DNA of 64,000 nucleotides from Phycisphaerales bacterium (GTDB lineage Bacteria > Planctomycetota > Phycisphaerae > Phycisphaerales > UBA1924), in contig OZ245777.1 of assembly GCA_965227775.1 (NCBI GenBank), positions 1,440,001-1,504,000 of the forward strand, given 5' to 3'. This document shows positions 43,143 to 52,610 of this stretch, piece after piece. The stretch's first letter is position 1. The number at the start of each line of letters is the position of its first letter. A program made the position numbers and the translations under genes. The notes under the pieces were generated by a model. It did no database searches. It was given only the letters and a program-made list of their open reading frames with translations, and had not been told where the DNA came from.

Positions 43143-43792
43143 GGGTGTTCCTGTATCGGTTTGGCCGGGCCGGCTCGAAGGGCTCGCTGGACGTAGGGGA
43201 CTGCCGAGGCCGCGGTGACGAGGGTAGTGCCCCATGCGGCGAGCGTGGCGGTCCAGCCGGCCCAATCTGGTCGTTCGCTCGCCCAAAGCCCCGCTATGAG
43301 CAGGCAGACCGGGATGGCGATGCTCTGGGCGATCATCTTGGCCTTGCCCGAGGTTGAGGCCGAGAAGTCGATCCCACGGGCCTCGAACACGCCCCTGATC
43401 GACGTGACCAGCAGCTCGCGGCCCAGGATGACCACCGCCATCCAGCCCGTGAAGCCGGCGGCCATCGTGGCGACCCCGTCGATCGTGATTCTGAACTGCG
43501 GCGTTGCCAGCATGATGGCGGTGCCCAGGACGAGCAGCTTGTCGGCGAAGGGGTCCATGATGCGCCCGAAGACGCTGATGGCCTGCCACTTGCGCGCGAG
43601 GTAGCCGTCGAGGGCGTCGGTGATGGCCGCCACGACAAACAGCGCGAGGGCTGCGAGGATCGCTGGCTGCGGGCCGGTCCTGCCGTCGAGCGGCGGCAGC
43701 AGCGCAAGCAGGGCCACGAGCGCCGCGGCCATCACGAGCCGGGCGATGGTCAGGGCGTTGGGGACCTGTCGTTTCCACGGGGCGGCCGACAC
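43139..43792 (-). CDS. pgsA: CDP-diacylglycerol--glycerol-3-phosphate 3-phosphatidyltransferase
   Basis: PNALTIARL and the CDP-alcohol motif TDALDGYLAR...FGRIMDPFADK. Adjacent to pgpA. Confidence 0.9.
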   Translation of the reverse strand: MSAAPWKRQVPNALTIARLVMAAALVALLALLPPLDGRTGPQPAILAALALFVVAAITDALDGYLARKWQAISVFGRIMDPFADKLLVLGTAIMLATPQFRITIDGVATMAAGFTGWMAVVILGRELLVTSIRGVFEARGIDFSASTSGKAKMIAQSIAIPVCLLIAGLWASERPDWAGWTATLAAWGTTLVTAASAVPYVQRALRAGPAKPIQEHP

Positions 43793-43995
43793 GAGGCGAG
43801 CATAGGGCGATGGGGAAGGCCCCCGAATGGGCGTCTCGGCCGCGCTGCACCGGCGTTTCCGGTGGAAGGTCGGTGGGCGTGGATCTACTGTGAGCCCTTA
43901 CTTACGGGTCGGGATGATGGCACGCAAGGACGTGTCCCCGGCCCTGCCCGGCAACAAGAGCCGCATGCGGCTCGGGATGACTCGTCGCTCTGCCT

Positions 43996-44952
43996 ATGGA
44001 CATGATCGTTCATCCCGTGCTGGTGTTCGTCGCGCTTGCCATCTGCGGGGTAGGCGTGGCGCTCTCGGTGCCGCGTCGTCGGTTCCAGGCGAGCCTGGTC
44101 GGCGGCATCATCGCCGCCACGGGTGTGGGCATCCTGATCGTCGCCCTCGGTGCCGCTTCTCTTGCTGGAGAAGGGCCGCTGCCCAACCCGGCGTTCCACG
44201 TGCTGGCGATCATCGCGCTCGGCTCGTGCCTGCAGGTCATCACGCACCGACGACCCGTGTACGCAGCGCTCTACTTCATTCTCAGCATTCTCGCGACGGC
44301 GGGGCTCTACATCCTGCTCGCGGCCGAGTTCATGGCCTTCGCGCTGGTCATCATTTACGCCGGCGCGATCCTGATTACCTACCTGTTCGTCATCATGCTG
44401 GCCAGCCAGAGCCAGGTTGAGGGGCAGGAAGAGGGCCTGGCGGAGTACGACGCGATCGGCCGCGGCCCGATCACTGCGACGATCGCAAGCTTCGCTCTGC
44501 TCGCGACGCTGACGGCCATGCTGCTTACGGGTGTCAACCAGGTCTCGCCCCAGTCCGAGGCGGAGGCCGTGCAGGCACAGATCGCCGTGCTCGAGCGTCT
44601 TCCTGGCAAGGTCGAAAAGGAACTCGTGCTCGACGGCTTGATCGAGCGCGGCGACCGCGTGCGGGGCCTGACTGAGAACGGCGAGAGTGCGATTGTTGAG
44701 ACCGCCGGCGGCGGCACGCGGCAAGTTGTGCTGCCCGACTCGGTCGAACCGACGAATACCGAGGGGCTGGCGTTCAACCTGCTCGACGAGTATCCCGGAA
44801 CGATCGAGATCGCGGGCGTGATCCTGCTGATGGCCATGCTGGGCGCCGTCGTGCTCGCGCGCAAGTTCGCGCAAATCGACGAAGAAGCGAAGGCCGCCGC
44901 TGCGGCGGGCCTGGCCGATGGCGGCACGGGCGGGAGGCAGGCCGATGCTTGA
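43996..44952 (+). CDS. nuoJ: NADH-quinone oxidoreductase subunit J (extended)
   Basis: VITHRRPVYAALYF, LLAAEFMA...IIYAGAILITYLFVIML and EIAGVILLMAMLGAVVLAR. Confidence 0.9.
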   Translation: MDMIVHPVLVFVALAICGVGVALSVPRRRFQASLVGGIIAATGVGILIVALGAASLAGEGPLPNPAFHVLAIIALGSCLQVITHRRPVYAALYFILSILATAGLYILLAAEFMAFALVIIYAGAILITYLFVIMLASQSQVEGQEEGLAEYDAIGRGPITATIASFALLATLTAMLLTGVNQVSPQSEAEAVQAQIAVLERLPGKVEKELVLDGLIERGDRVRGLTENGESAIVETAGGGTRQVVLPDSVEPTNTEGLAFNLLDEYPGTIEIAGVILLMAMLGAVVLARKFAQIDEEAKAAAAAGLADGGTGGRQADA

Positions 44953-45310
44953 TGTTCTCGCCCAGACGCAGTTGCTCGCACAGTCCGCCTTTCCGCAGGC
45001 CATGGGCGAGGGCGTGCTCGCACACTATCTGTTCGTTTCGGTCGCGATGTTCACCCTCGGGCTGGTGGGCTTCCTGACCCGCCGGAACCTGATCATCATG
45101 TTCCTGTGCACGGAGATGATGTTCCAAGCCGCGGGCATTGCTCTGATCGCGTTCAGCCGGTTCCACCTGAACTACGACGGCCAGACCTTTGTGATCTTCG
45201 TGCTCACGGTGGCGGCGGCCGAGGCGGCCCTCGCCCTCGCGCTGGTGGTCTTCCTGTTCCGCAAGCGTGACTCGCTGAGCGCCGAGGCGTGGACGGAGCT
45301 CAAGGGATGA
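44945..45310 (+). CDS. nuoK: NADH-quinone oxidoreductase subunit K
   Basis: RRNLIIMFLCTEMM and GQTFVIFVLTVAAAEAALALA. The start could alternatively be 45002. Confidence 0.92.
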   Translation: MLDVLAQTQLLAQSAFPQAMGEGVLAHYLFVSVAMFTLGLVGFLTRRNLIIMFLCTEMMFQAAGIALIAFSRFHLNYDGQTFVIFVLTVAAAEAALALALVVFLFRKRDSLSAEAWTELKG

Positions 45311-47637
45311 CGATGCTCTCGAGCCAACTGCCCTTGTCTTTCTCGACCATGCTGGCCGCGGCCGATGGGCCGCACCTGGTCACCGGCGACGCGCCCCAAT
45401 GGGTGGCGCTGATGCCGTGCCTTCCTCTGCTCGGCGCCGGGCTGTGCGTGCTGTTCGCCTGCCTGAACGTCAAGAGCAAGCTGCCGGGCTATGTCACGGT
45501 TGCCCTGCTTGCGGGCAGTTTCGTGACGGCCCTTGCTGCTTTCTTGGGAGGCCAGGAGAACTACGGCATCGCCACGATCTTCCGCTGGATCCACGCCAGC
45601 ATCGGGGCCGACACCAACACGAGCATTATCGCGAACTTCGCGTTCTACATGGACGGCTTGTCCATGCTGTGGATGCTGTTCGTGAGCGGGCTGGCGACCG
45701 TGATCGGCCTGTACTCGACCGAGTACGTCGAGCATGACAAGGGGCTCGGATACTGCCGTTTCTTCTTCGCGTTCAACTTGTTCGTGTTCAGCATGTCGTG
45801 CCTGGTCATGGCCGACAACCTGCTGCTGCTGTTCCTGGGCTGGGAAGGCGTGGGCCTGTGCAGCTACCTGCTGATCGGGTACTTCTACAAGAAGCCCGAG
45901 GCGGTGGCAGCGGCCAAGAAGGCCTTCATCATCAACCGCATCGGCGACCTTGGCCTGCTCATGGCCATCGGTGCGACGTTCGTTGTCTTCGGCACGCTCG
46001 AGTTCGACAAGCTGTTCGCGATGGTTGCCGAGGGCGTCGACGCCAACGGCGAGGCGATCGGCCACACGTGGGTGGTGGTGGTCATTCCGCTGCTGCTCAC
46101 GGCGGGCGCGTTTGGCAAGAGTGCCCAGCTGTTCTTCTACGTCTGGTTGCCCGACGCGATGGAGGGCCCGACTCCTGTGTCGGCGCTCATCCACGCCGCG
46201 ACGATGGTGACGGCGGGCGTGTACCTCATCGCTCGCATGTATCCGCTCTACGCGGCCGATGATGCCATGATCGCCCTCACGGTTGTCGCCTGGGCGGGTG
46301 CGATCACGGCGTTCTGGGCGGCGACGATCGAGTTCGCCCAGTACGACATCAAGCGGATCATGGGCTACAGCACGATCAGCCAGCTGGGCTTCATGTTCGC
46401 CGGACTGGGCCTGCTTGGCACGACCGGTGCCGTCTTCCACGTGTTCACCCACGCGTTCTTCAAGGCCACGCTCTTCTTGTGCTGCGGCGCCGTCATGCAC
46501 GGCTTCGGCGGCCAGCTCAGCCTGCGGCGGCTCTCGGGCGTCATGTGGATGAAGGGCTTCGGCATCACGGGCGCGTGCATGTTCATCGGATGCCTGAGCC
46601 TGAGCGGCGTGCCGTTCACGGCCGGGTACTTCTCGAAGGACATGATCTTGGCCCAGGCCTTCGCGACGCCCAACGAGATGATCGGTGGGGCCTACTTCAT
46701 CGGCCTGCTCTTGCTGCTGACCGCCGCGATGACGGCGTACTACACATTCCGTGTGTTCTTCCGGGTGTTCGTTGGACCTAAGCACTTTGAGCCCGGCGAA
46801 GACGACCATGGCGATGATCACGGTGACGACCACGGGCACGACGCCCATGCCCACCACGCGGCCGAGGACGAAGAAGCCGGCGACGCCCTGCACACGGGCT
46901 TCCACCCGCACGCACCCGGCTGGGCGATGAACGGCGCGATGGCCATCCTGGCCGCGGGCACCATTCTGGTCGCAAGCCTGTACTTCGTGAACAAGAAGGA
47001 AGACCACGGCTGGGCCGGCACGATGGTCAAGTATTCCACGGCGGCGTACCCCTCGCCCGGCCTCTCGCATAGCGATAAGAAGTCTGACGTGGGTGGCACC
47101 GCTGCGGAACCGAGCTCGACGCCGTCTGCGGGTGAGGCTCATGGTGACGATCACGGAGACGACCACAGCGCCGCGCACGCCGAAGCTGGCACGCTGCTGG
47201 GGCAGGACCCTTTCAAGATCATGTACTACGTCTCGGCCGGGCTTGGCCTGATCGGCATTCTCGCCGCTGCGTGGTTCCATGGGCCGAATGGTGCGTGGAG
47301 CCTTGGGCTTGGGAATCGCGAGACGCCCAGCAAAGTGCGCATGGACGCGGTTGCGGCGCGGTTCGGCCCGATCCCCAAGTGGGCGGAGAACAAGTGGTAC
47401 GTCGACGAGCTGTACCACATCGCGATCGTCAAGCCGTTGCTCGTGTTCAGCCACGTGTTCCACGCGTTCGACAAGCTCGTGATCGACGGCCTAGTCGATC
47501 TCATGGGTTCGCTGCCGAGGTGGCTGGGCACGCTGCTGCGTCCCTCGCAGGATGGCGTGATGCACGGCTATGCGACCGGCATGGTGGCCGGGTCGGCGGT
47601 GCTCCTGGCGCTGGTCGTCCTGGTGGCGTTGCTGTGA
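45307..47637 (+). CDS. nuoL: NADH-quinone oxidoreductase subunit L
   Basis: GWEGVGLCSYLLIG, KAFIINRIGD, GKSAQ..WLPDAMEGPTPVSALIHAATMVTAGVY and YSTISQLG. ATGA overlap. Confidence 0.96.
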   Translation: MTMLSSQLPLSFSTMLAAADGPHLVTGDAPQWVALMPCLPLLGAGLCVLFACLNVKSKLPGYVTVALLAGSFVTALAAFLGGQENYGIATIFRWIHASIGADTNTSIIANFAFYMDGLSMLWMLFVSGLATVIGLYSTEYVEHDKGLGYCRFFFAFNLFVFSMSCLVMADNLLLLFLGWEGVGLCSYLLIGYFYKKPEAVAAAKKAFIINRIGDLGLLMAIGATFVVFGTLEFDKLFAMVAEGVDANGEAIGHTWVVVVIPLLLTAGAFGKSAQLFFYVWLPDAMEGPTPVSALIHAATMVTAGVYLIARMYPLYAADDAMIALTVVAWAGAITAFWAATIEFAQYDIKRIMGYSTISQLGFMFAGLGLLGTTGAVFHVFTHAFFKATLFLCCGAVMHGFGGQLSLRRLSGVMWMKGFGITGACMFIGCLSLSGVPFTAGYFSKDMILAQAFATPNEMIGGAYFIGLLLLLTAAMTAYYTFRVFFRVFVGPKHFEPGEDDHGDDHGDDHGHDAHAHHAAEDEEAGDALHTGFHPHAPGWAMNGAMAILAAGTILVASLYFVNKKEDHGWAGTMVKYSTAAYPSPGLSHSDKKSDVGGTAAEPSSTPSAGEAHGDDHGDDHSAAHAEAGTLLGQDPFKIMYYVSAGLGLIGILAAAWFHGPNGAWSLGLGNRETPSKVRMDAVAARFGPIPKWAENKWYVDELYHIAIVKPLLVFSHVFHAFDKLVIDGLVDLMGSLPRWLGTLLRPSQDGVMHGYATGMVAGSAVLLALVVLVALL

Positions 47638-47655
47638 TGAAGGGGACTGCCTGAC

Positions 47656-49311
47656 GTGAGCCTGCTCTACCTGCTCATCCTGATGCCCCTGCTCTTCGCG
47701 GTGCTCATCGCGCTCGCGCCGTCGAAGCAAGCGCGAGCGATCGCGGCCATCGGGTCGCTGGTGCCCATTGGGCCGATGCTGGTGGCGCTGTGGAAGTTCG
47801 ACTGGACCCGCGGCGGTGAGTTCCAGTTCGTTGGTAGCTACGACTGGATCGCCGACATGGGCCTGCGCGTTGGCGTGGGCGTTGATAGCGTCTCGCTGCT
47901 GCTGATCACGCTGACCGTGCTGCTGGGGCCGATTTGCGTCTTTGGCAGCTTCTCGGCGGTCAAGGACAATCCGAAGGTCTTCTACGGCTGGCTGACCGGC
48001 CTGCAGGCGGCGATGGTGGGCGTGTTCGCCGCCACTGACCTCTTGGTCTTCTACGTGTGCTTCGAATTCACGCTGCTGCCCTTGTACGTGCTGATCAACC
48101 TTTACGGCTCGAGCAATCGCAAGCGGGCGGCGACGAAGTTCTTCCTCTACACCTTCACAGGCTCGATCATCGCGCTGGCGGGCCTCGTGTATGTCGTCTT
48201 CCATCACCGCAGCCTCGAGGGCGTGTGGACGTTCGACATCCCCACGCTCGCGACGACGGCGATGCAGATGCCCGTCGGGGCCCAGGCCCTTGTACTGCTG
48301 GCGCTCATGCTTGGTTTCGCGGTGAAGGTTCCACTGTTCCCGGTGCACACGTGGCTGCCGCTGGCGCACACCGAGGCGCCCACGGCCGGCTCGGTCATCC
48401 TGGCCGGCGTGCTGCTGAAGCTGGGCACCTACGGCATCTACCGATTCGCGCTGGGCTTCGTGCCCGAAGCGGTCATCGCGTACGCGCCGCTCATCGCGGT
48501 CTTGAGCATCATCGGCATCATCTACGCCGGCCTGATTTGCTGGGTGCAGAAGGATGTCAAGAAGCTCGTTGCCTACTCGTCGGTGAGCCACCTGGGCTTC
48601 TGCGTGCTGGGGCTCGTGGCGCTCAACAACATCGGGCTGACCGGTTCGGTGCTCTACATGATCAACCACGGCCTGTCGACAGGCGCGTTGTTCCTGTGCA
48701 TCGGCATGGTCTATGAGCGCTTCCACACCCGCTCGATGGACGAGCTGGGCGGCCTGGCGAGCACGATGCCGATCTGGTCGTCGTTCATGGTCTTCTTCGT
48801 CATGGCGTCGGTGGGCCTGCCCGGGCTGAATGGCTTCGTCAGCGAGTTCATGTGCATCATCGGCACGTTCCAGAGCTCGCCAGCCTGGGTGCTCGAGGGC
48901 CGGGCCGGCGCCGCTGGCGGTTCGCTCGGCCCGTGGTTTGCGTTCGCTGCCGGCTTTGGCGTGATCGTCGCGGCGATGTACCTGCTCTACATGACCGGTC
49001 GCGTGGTGTGGGGCACCGCCAGGCAGCCCGCGGGCCACGACGACGAGCACTCCGAGCTTCCGAAGGACCTCAACGCTCGCGAGATCAGCCTGCTCACCGT
49101 GCTTGCGGTTGGGTGCCTGGGCCTGGGTGTGTACCCGACGCCGGTAATCGAGGCCATCGAGCCCTCGGTCGAGCGGACGCTTGCGCCCTACCAGGTCTTG
49201 CTGAACGATCGCGCGGCCGAGTTGGGTTTGCAGCGCGAAGCCGAAGACTCGCTGATTCGCGTGCCCGACGACGCGACGCCGCCCGCCGAAACGCCAGAAG
49301 GGGGGCAGTGA
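47656..49311 (+). CDS. nuoM: NADH-quinone oxidoreductase subunit M
   Basis: AVKVPLFPVHTWLPLAHTEAPTAGSVILAGVLLKLG, KKLVAYSSVSHLG and GLPGLNGFVSEF. Confidence 0.96.
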   Translation: MSLLYLLILMPLLFAVLIALAPSKQARAIAAIGSLVPIGPMLVALWKFDWTRGGEFQFVGSYDWIADMGLRVGVGVDSVSLLLITLTVLLGPICVFGSFSAVKDNPKVFYGWLTGLQAAMVGVFAATDLLVFYVCFEFTLLPLYVLINLYGSSNRKRAATKFFLYTFTGSIIALAGLVYVVFHHRSLEGVWTFDIPTLATTAMQMPVGAQALVLLALMLGFAVKVPLFPVHTWLPLAHTEAPTAGSVILAGVLLKLGTYGIYRFALGFVPEAVIAYAPLIAVLSIIGIIYAGLICWVQKDVKKLVAYSSVSHLGFCVLGLVALNNIGLTGSVLYMINHGLSTGALFLCIGMVYERFHTRSMDELGGLASTMPIWSSFMVFFVMASVGLPGLNGFVSEFMCIIGTFQSSPAWVLEGRAGAAGGSLGPWFAFAAGFGVIVAAMYLLYMTGRVVWGTARQPAGHDDEHSELPKDLNAREISLLTVLAVGCLGLGVYPTPVIEAIEPSVERTLAPYQVLLNDRAAELGLQREAEDSLIRVPDDATPPAETPEGGQ

Positions 49312-49317
49312 TCACCC

Positions 49318-50937
49318 ATGGCTGAGAAAATCGCCCTCATCTGGCCCGAGATCACGCTGTTCATCACGACCTGCGTGGTGATGATCCTGGGCTTGTCGCC
49401 CAACAAGCAATGGCGCTCGCTGTGCCTGCCGGCGTCATTGGCCGGTGTTGCCGTCGCGGGCCTGCTCGCGGCGATCGACATGTCGGGCCCGCCGCAAGGC
49501 GACACCATGCTGCCCAACATGCCGGCCTTCGTCAAGGTCGTTGTGGCGGTGGTGGGGCTCATGCTCATCCTGCTGCAGAGCGGCCTGATCGATCGCCGCG
49601 AAGAGGCGCTCGTCGCAGCCGGCCGGACGTTCAGCCCGCTTCGTACGAATCGTGCGGAGTACTTCTCGCTGGTGCTGTTCTCGTTGACCGGCCTCATGCT
49701 GTGCGCGTCGGCGGGCGACCTCATCTGGCTATTCCTCGCCCTCGAGCTCACGAGCCTGCCGACCTATGTGATGGTCGCGATGAGCAGCTCACGCGGCCGG
49801 GCCCAAGAGGCGGGCGTCAAGTACTTCTACCTCGGTGCCCTCGGCGCAGCGACGTTCCTCTATGGGTTCGTCATGCTCTATGGCGGCACGGGTACGCTCA
49901 AGCTCGGACCCATGGCGGAGATCATCGCCACCGAGGGCATCAACAACATCACCATGATCGGCCTGCTGCTTTCGATCGCGGGCTTGGCATTCAAGATCGC
50001 CGCGGTGCCGATGCACTTTTACACGGCCGACGTGTACCAAGGCGCTGCGGCCCCGGTGTCTGCGTTCCTGGCGTTCGTGCCCAAGACGGCCGGATTCATT
50101 GGCCTCCTGCTCATCTGCTCGGTCGTCGGCTGGTCGGCCGGCTCGGGCGGCGAGGGCCTGCCCGAGGCCGTCCGCGTCATGCTCTGGGTAATGGCCGCCG
50201 TGACGATGACCGTCGGCAACGTGCTGGCCATCCTGCAGAACTCGGTAAAGCGGATGCTGGCGTATTCGTCCATCGCCCACTCGGGCTACATGCTCGTGGG
50301 CGTGCTCGCGGGTCCGGGCGACGGCACATTCGCGGCCAGCGGCGTGTCGGCGGTGCTGTTCTACCTCGCCGCGTACGGCGTGACCAACACCGGCGCGTTC
50401 GCGGTCATCGCCTGCCTCGAGAAGCGTGCCGCCGATCGCGGCGAGCCCATGGAGGTCGAGGACTTCGACGACCTTCGCGGCCTCTGGCGTCGCGAGCCAG
50501 CGCTCGGCGTGGTGCTGGCGATCGTCTCGCTCAGCCTGCTGGGCTTCCCGCCGCTGCTTGGGTTCATGGCCAAGCTGCCACTCTTTACCGCGGGCGTTGC
50601 GGCCGGCGAGATCGCCCTTGTCGTCATCCTGGGCGTCAACTCCGCGATCGCCGCGTTCTACTACCTGCGTCTGGTCAAGGCGGCGATGATCGACGATGCC
50701 AAGGGCACGGCTGATTCGCCCGATCGTCCGGAGCACCATCCGGCGTACGGCCTGCGGTTCGCGACTGGCGCCATCTCGGCGGTGGGGGTCGTGGGCCTGG
50801 CGATCCTGGCTGGGCAACTGGCCATCAGCGCGACCAATGCCTCGATCTATGCCGACCCGATGTCGGTCGAGCAGATGGAAGGCCCGATCACGGTGCAGGA
50901 AGAGCGCGAGCCAAAGGCCAGCGCCCCGAGCGTGTAG
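49318..50937 (+). CDS. nuoN: NADH-quinone oxidoreductase subunit N
   Basis: EAGVKYF, FKIAAVPMHFY.ADVYQGA, KRMLAYSSIAHSGY, GFPPLLGF.AK and FYYLR. Confidence 0.95.
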   Translation: MAEKIALIWPEITLFITTCVVMILGLSPNKQWRSLCLPASLAGVAVAGLLAAIDMSGPPQGDTMLPNMPAFVKVVVAVVGLMLILLQSGLIDRREEALVAAGRTFSPLRTNRAEYFSLVLFSLTGLMLCASAGDLIWLFLALELTSLPTYVMVAMSSSRGRAQEAGVKYFYLGALGAATFLYGFVMLYGGTGTLKLGPMAEIIATEGINNITMIGLLLSIAGLAFKIAAVPMHFYTADVYQGAAAPVSAFLAFVPKTAGFIGLLLICSVVGWSAGSGGEGLPEAVRVMLWVMAAVTMTVGNVLAILQNSVKRMLAYSSIAHSGYMLVGVLAGPGDGTFAASGVSAVLFYLAAYGVTNTGAFAVIACLEKRAADRGEPMEVEDFDDLRGLWRREPALGVVLAIVSLSLLGFPPLLGFMAKLPLFTAGVAAGEIALVVILGVNSAIAAFYYLRLVKAAMIDDAKGTADSPDRPEHHPAYGLRFATGAISAVGVVGLAILAGQLAISATNASIYADPMSVEQMEGPITVQEEREPKASAPSV

Positions 50938-50961
50938 TTCACATCGATCAAGGCAACCGGT

Positions 50962-51801
50962 TCAGCTCTCGGCGACCTTGCGCACGACGAGCCGCTGAAT
51001 TCCCAGGCCAACCACGCCCAGCACGAGCCACGCGAATAGCCAAGCCTGCGTGGGCGTCTCCTCGATCGGCAATGGCGTGCCCATGGCAGCCTGGATCTGG
51101 ACGGCACCGAGCGGCCAGATCGCCGCGCCCATGAACGCCGTCGTCGCGCTCGCGACGCGAGACGGCCAGATGGCCCCAAACATCGCACCAAGCAAGCCCG
51201 CCGCGAGGATGCCAATGGCGGCGTGGCCCTGGTGCTCGTCGGGCACACGATCCCAAGCCTGCGTTGCCTGGTCTGCGATTGCACTCGAGCTGACCGAAGT
51301 TGCGCCTGCCTGAGGCATCGCGGCCGGGCCGATCGAGAGTTCCGTTGGGTTTCCGAACGAGACGGGTTGCGCCACGACCGTTTGAACAGGCGGCTGCGGG
51401 GCCAATGCACTCTGATCCACAGGCAAATGGGGTGTCGCAAGCACGGCGATGCAAGCCGCCGCGGCTGCGGCGGTCACACCAGCGGCTGCCGACACAACCA
51501 GTCGCATTGCGACCAACGCGATCACAACGCCGAGCCCGGCGCCGCCGGCGGCGGCGATGAGCGATCCGGGGAGTCCGGCAACGTCCGGAATGGCGACGTG
51601 GTTCGCAAGCGTGAAGCCCGCGCACAGCCCCGCGGTGCCGCCGGCCGCAGCGAACGCCAGGCTGACGGCGCGAGCCCCCGCGGCCCAGAGCATCATGCCG
51701 ACGACGATGGCGATGCCCGCGATGAGCGTGGCATCACCCGAGCCGCTCGCTTGGATCAGGCGATCGACCAGTCCTTCGGCTTGTCCGACTCCGGCGAGCA
51801 C
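50962..51801 (-). CDS. Polytopic membrane protein of unknown function
   Basis: About 7 Ala/Gly-rich hydrophobic segments with a central hydrophilic loop. GTG 51801 is preceded by an AGAGGGAGG SD (the ORF-track start of 51831 is also possible). Confidence 0.7.
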   Translation of the reverse strand: MLAGVGQAEGLVDRLIQASGSGDATLIAGIAIVVGMMLWAAGARAVSLAFAAAGGTAGLCAGFTLANHVAIPDVAGLPGSLIAAAGGAGLGVVIALVAMRLVVSAAAGVTAAAAAACIAVLATPHLPVDQSALAPQPPVQTVVAQPVSFGNPTELSIGPAAMPQAGATSVSSSAIADQATQAWDRVPDEHQGHAAIGILAAGLLGAMFGAIWPSRVASATTAFMGAAIWPLGAVQIQAAMGTPLPIEETPTQAWLFAWLVLGVVGLGIQRLVVRKVAES

Positions 51802-52610
51802 TCGCTGCCTCCCTCTGCCCGTACGTCCCATAAAGAAGCCGTACGACTCCCCTCAGGATACGCGTCGTCTGCAGGGCTAGATCGGTGGGTGAACGAAATG
51901 TCACCGGCCGATTGCCGGCCGGCTCGACGAAGGCTGTCGGCTGGCGCGGCTCGTCCGGTTGTCCTTTGATGCGTTGCGGATATCGGTCGGCTGCAACCGG
52001 CTCGGTGCGGAAGGCGTAAAAGAAAGCGAAGAGCCCGGGCCGGCACGCGCTAGCCCCCTCGATCGGGCCGCCGACCCCCGCTCGTCGGCAGCACGGCCTC
52101 GTCGAGACACGCCGCGGAGAGCCGGGTGCGACGAGCACCCAACCGCGAGCACGAGGGCCAACAGGTTTGTTCGGATTGTGCTGGGAACGGGCGGCTGCCT
52201 GATTCCTGCGAAGCCCGGAGGCCGCATGCGCCGCGAGTCGGACAATGACCAGTTGCCGAGCGACGCGCTGGCGGTTGGTGTGGCCGCCGGGCTGAGAAGC
52301 GGCCTAGCCTCGCTCGAAGTCGTCTGATATGCTTGACGGCTTTGGCCCGCGGTAGGATGCGACGCGGCCGAGCTTGGGATGGACCCCACCGCATCCGATT
52401 CGCAAGGCGCCAGGCACGGTGCCACGCCTTGCCCTGGCCCTCCCGGCCCTGGGAGCGGCCCGCCGCGTCGCCTGCGGGCGATGGCAGCACTCGTTCGTTC
52501 CACCCCGGAGCGTGCGAACAACGCCGGCCACAAGCCCACCCAGGCCGGCCAGGAAGCCCCGACGAAACCACCGCGTGTTGCGGTGTTGCAACAGCTAGCG
52601 AGGAGCGGTC

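Noticed and set aside
42636..43850. Single 404-aa ORF suggesting a pgsA-pgpA fusion or long PgpA
   Set aside because: The upstream part overlaps pgsA in another frame. PgpA homology begins at GTG 43142, coupled to the pgsA stop.
45172..49050. 763-aa and 519-aa reverse-strand ORFs
   Set aside because: Antisense to nuoL/nuoM, with His/Arg/Gln-rich composition typical of shadows of membrane-protein genes.
43996..50937. Mrp antiporter or hydrogenase membrane module
   Set aside because: The motifs and J-K-L-M-N order match complex I, and no mrpE/F/G or hydrogenase genes are adjacent.
51959..52327. 122-aa ORF upstream of the giant gene
   Set aside because: No SD, poor codon bias and no recognisable motif.
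52333..52358. TTGACG...TAGGAT sigma70-like promoter
   Set aside because: The spacer is only 14 bp, too short for a canonical promoter.
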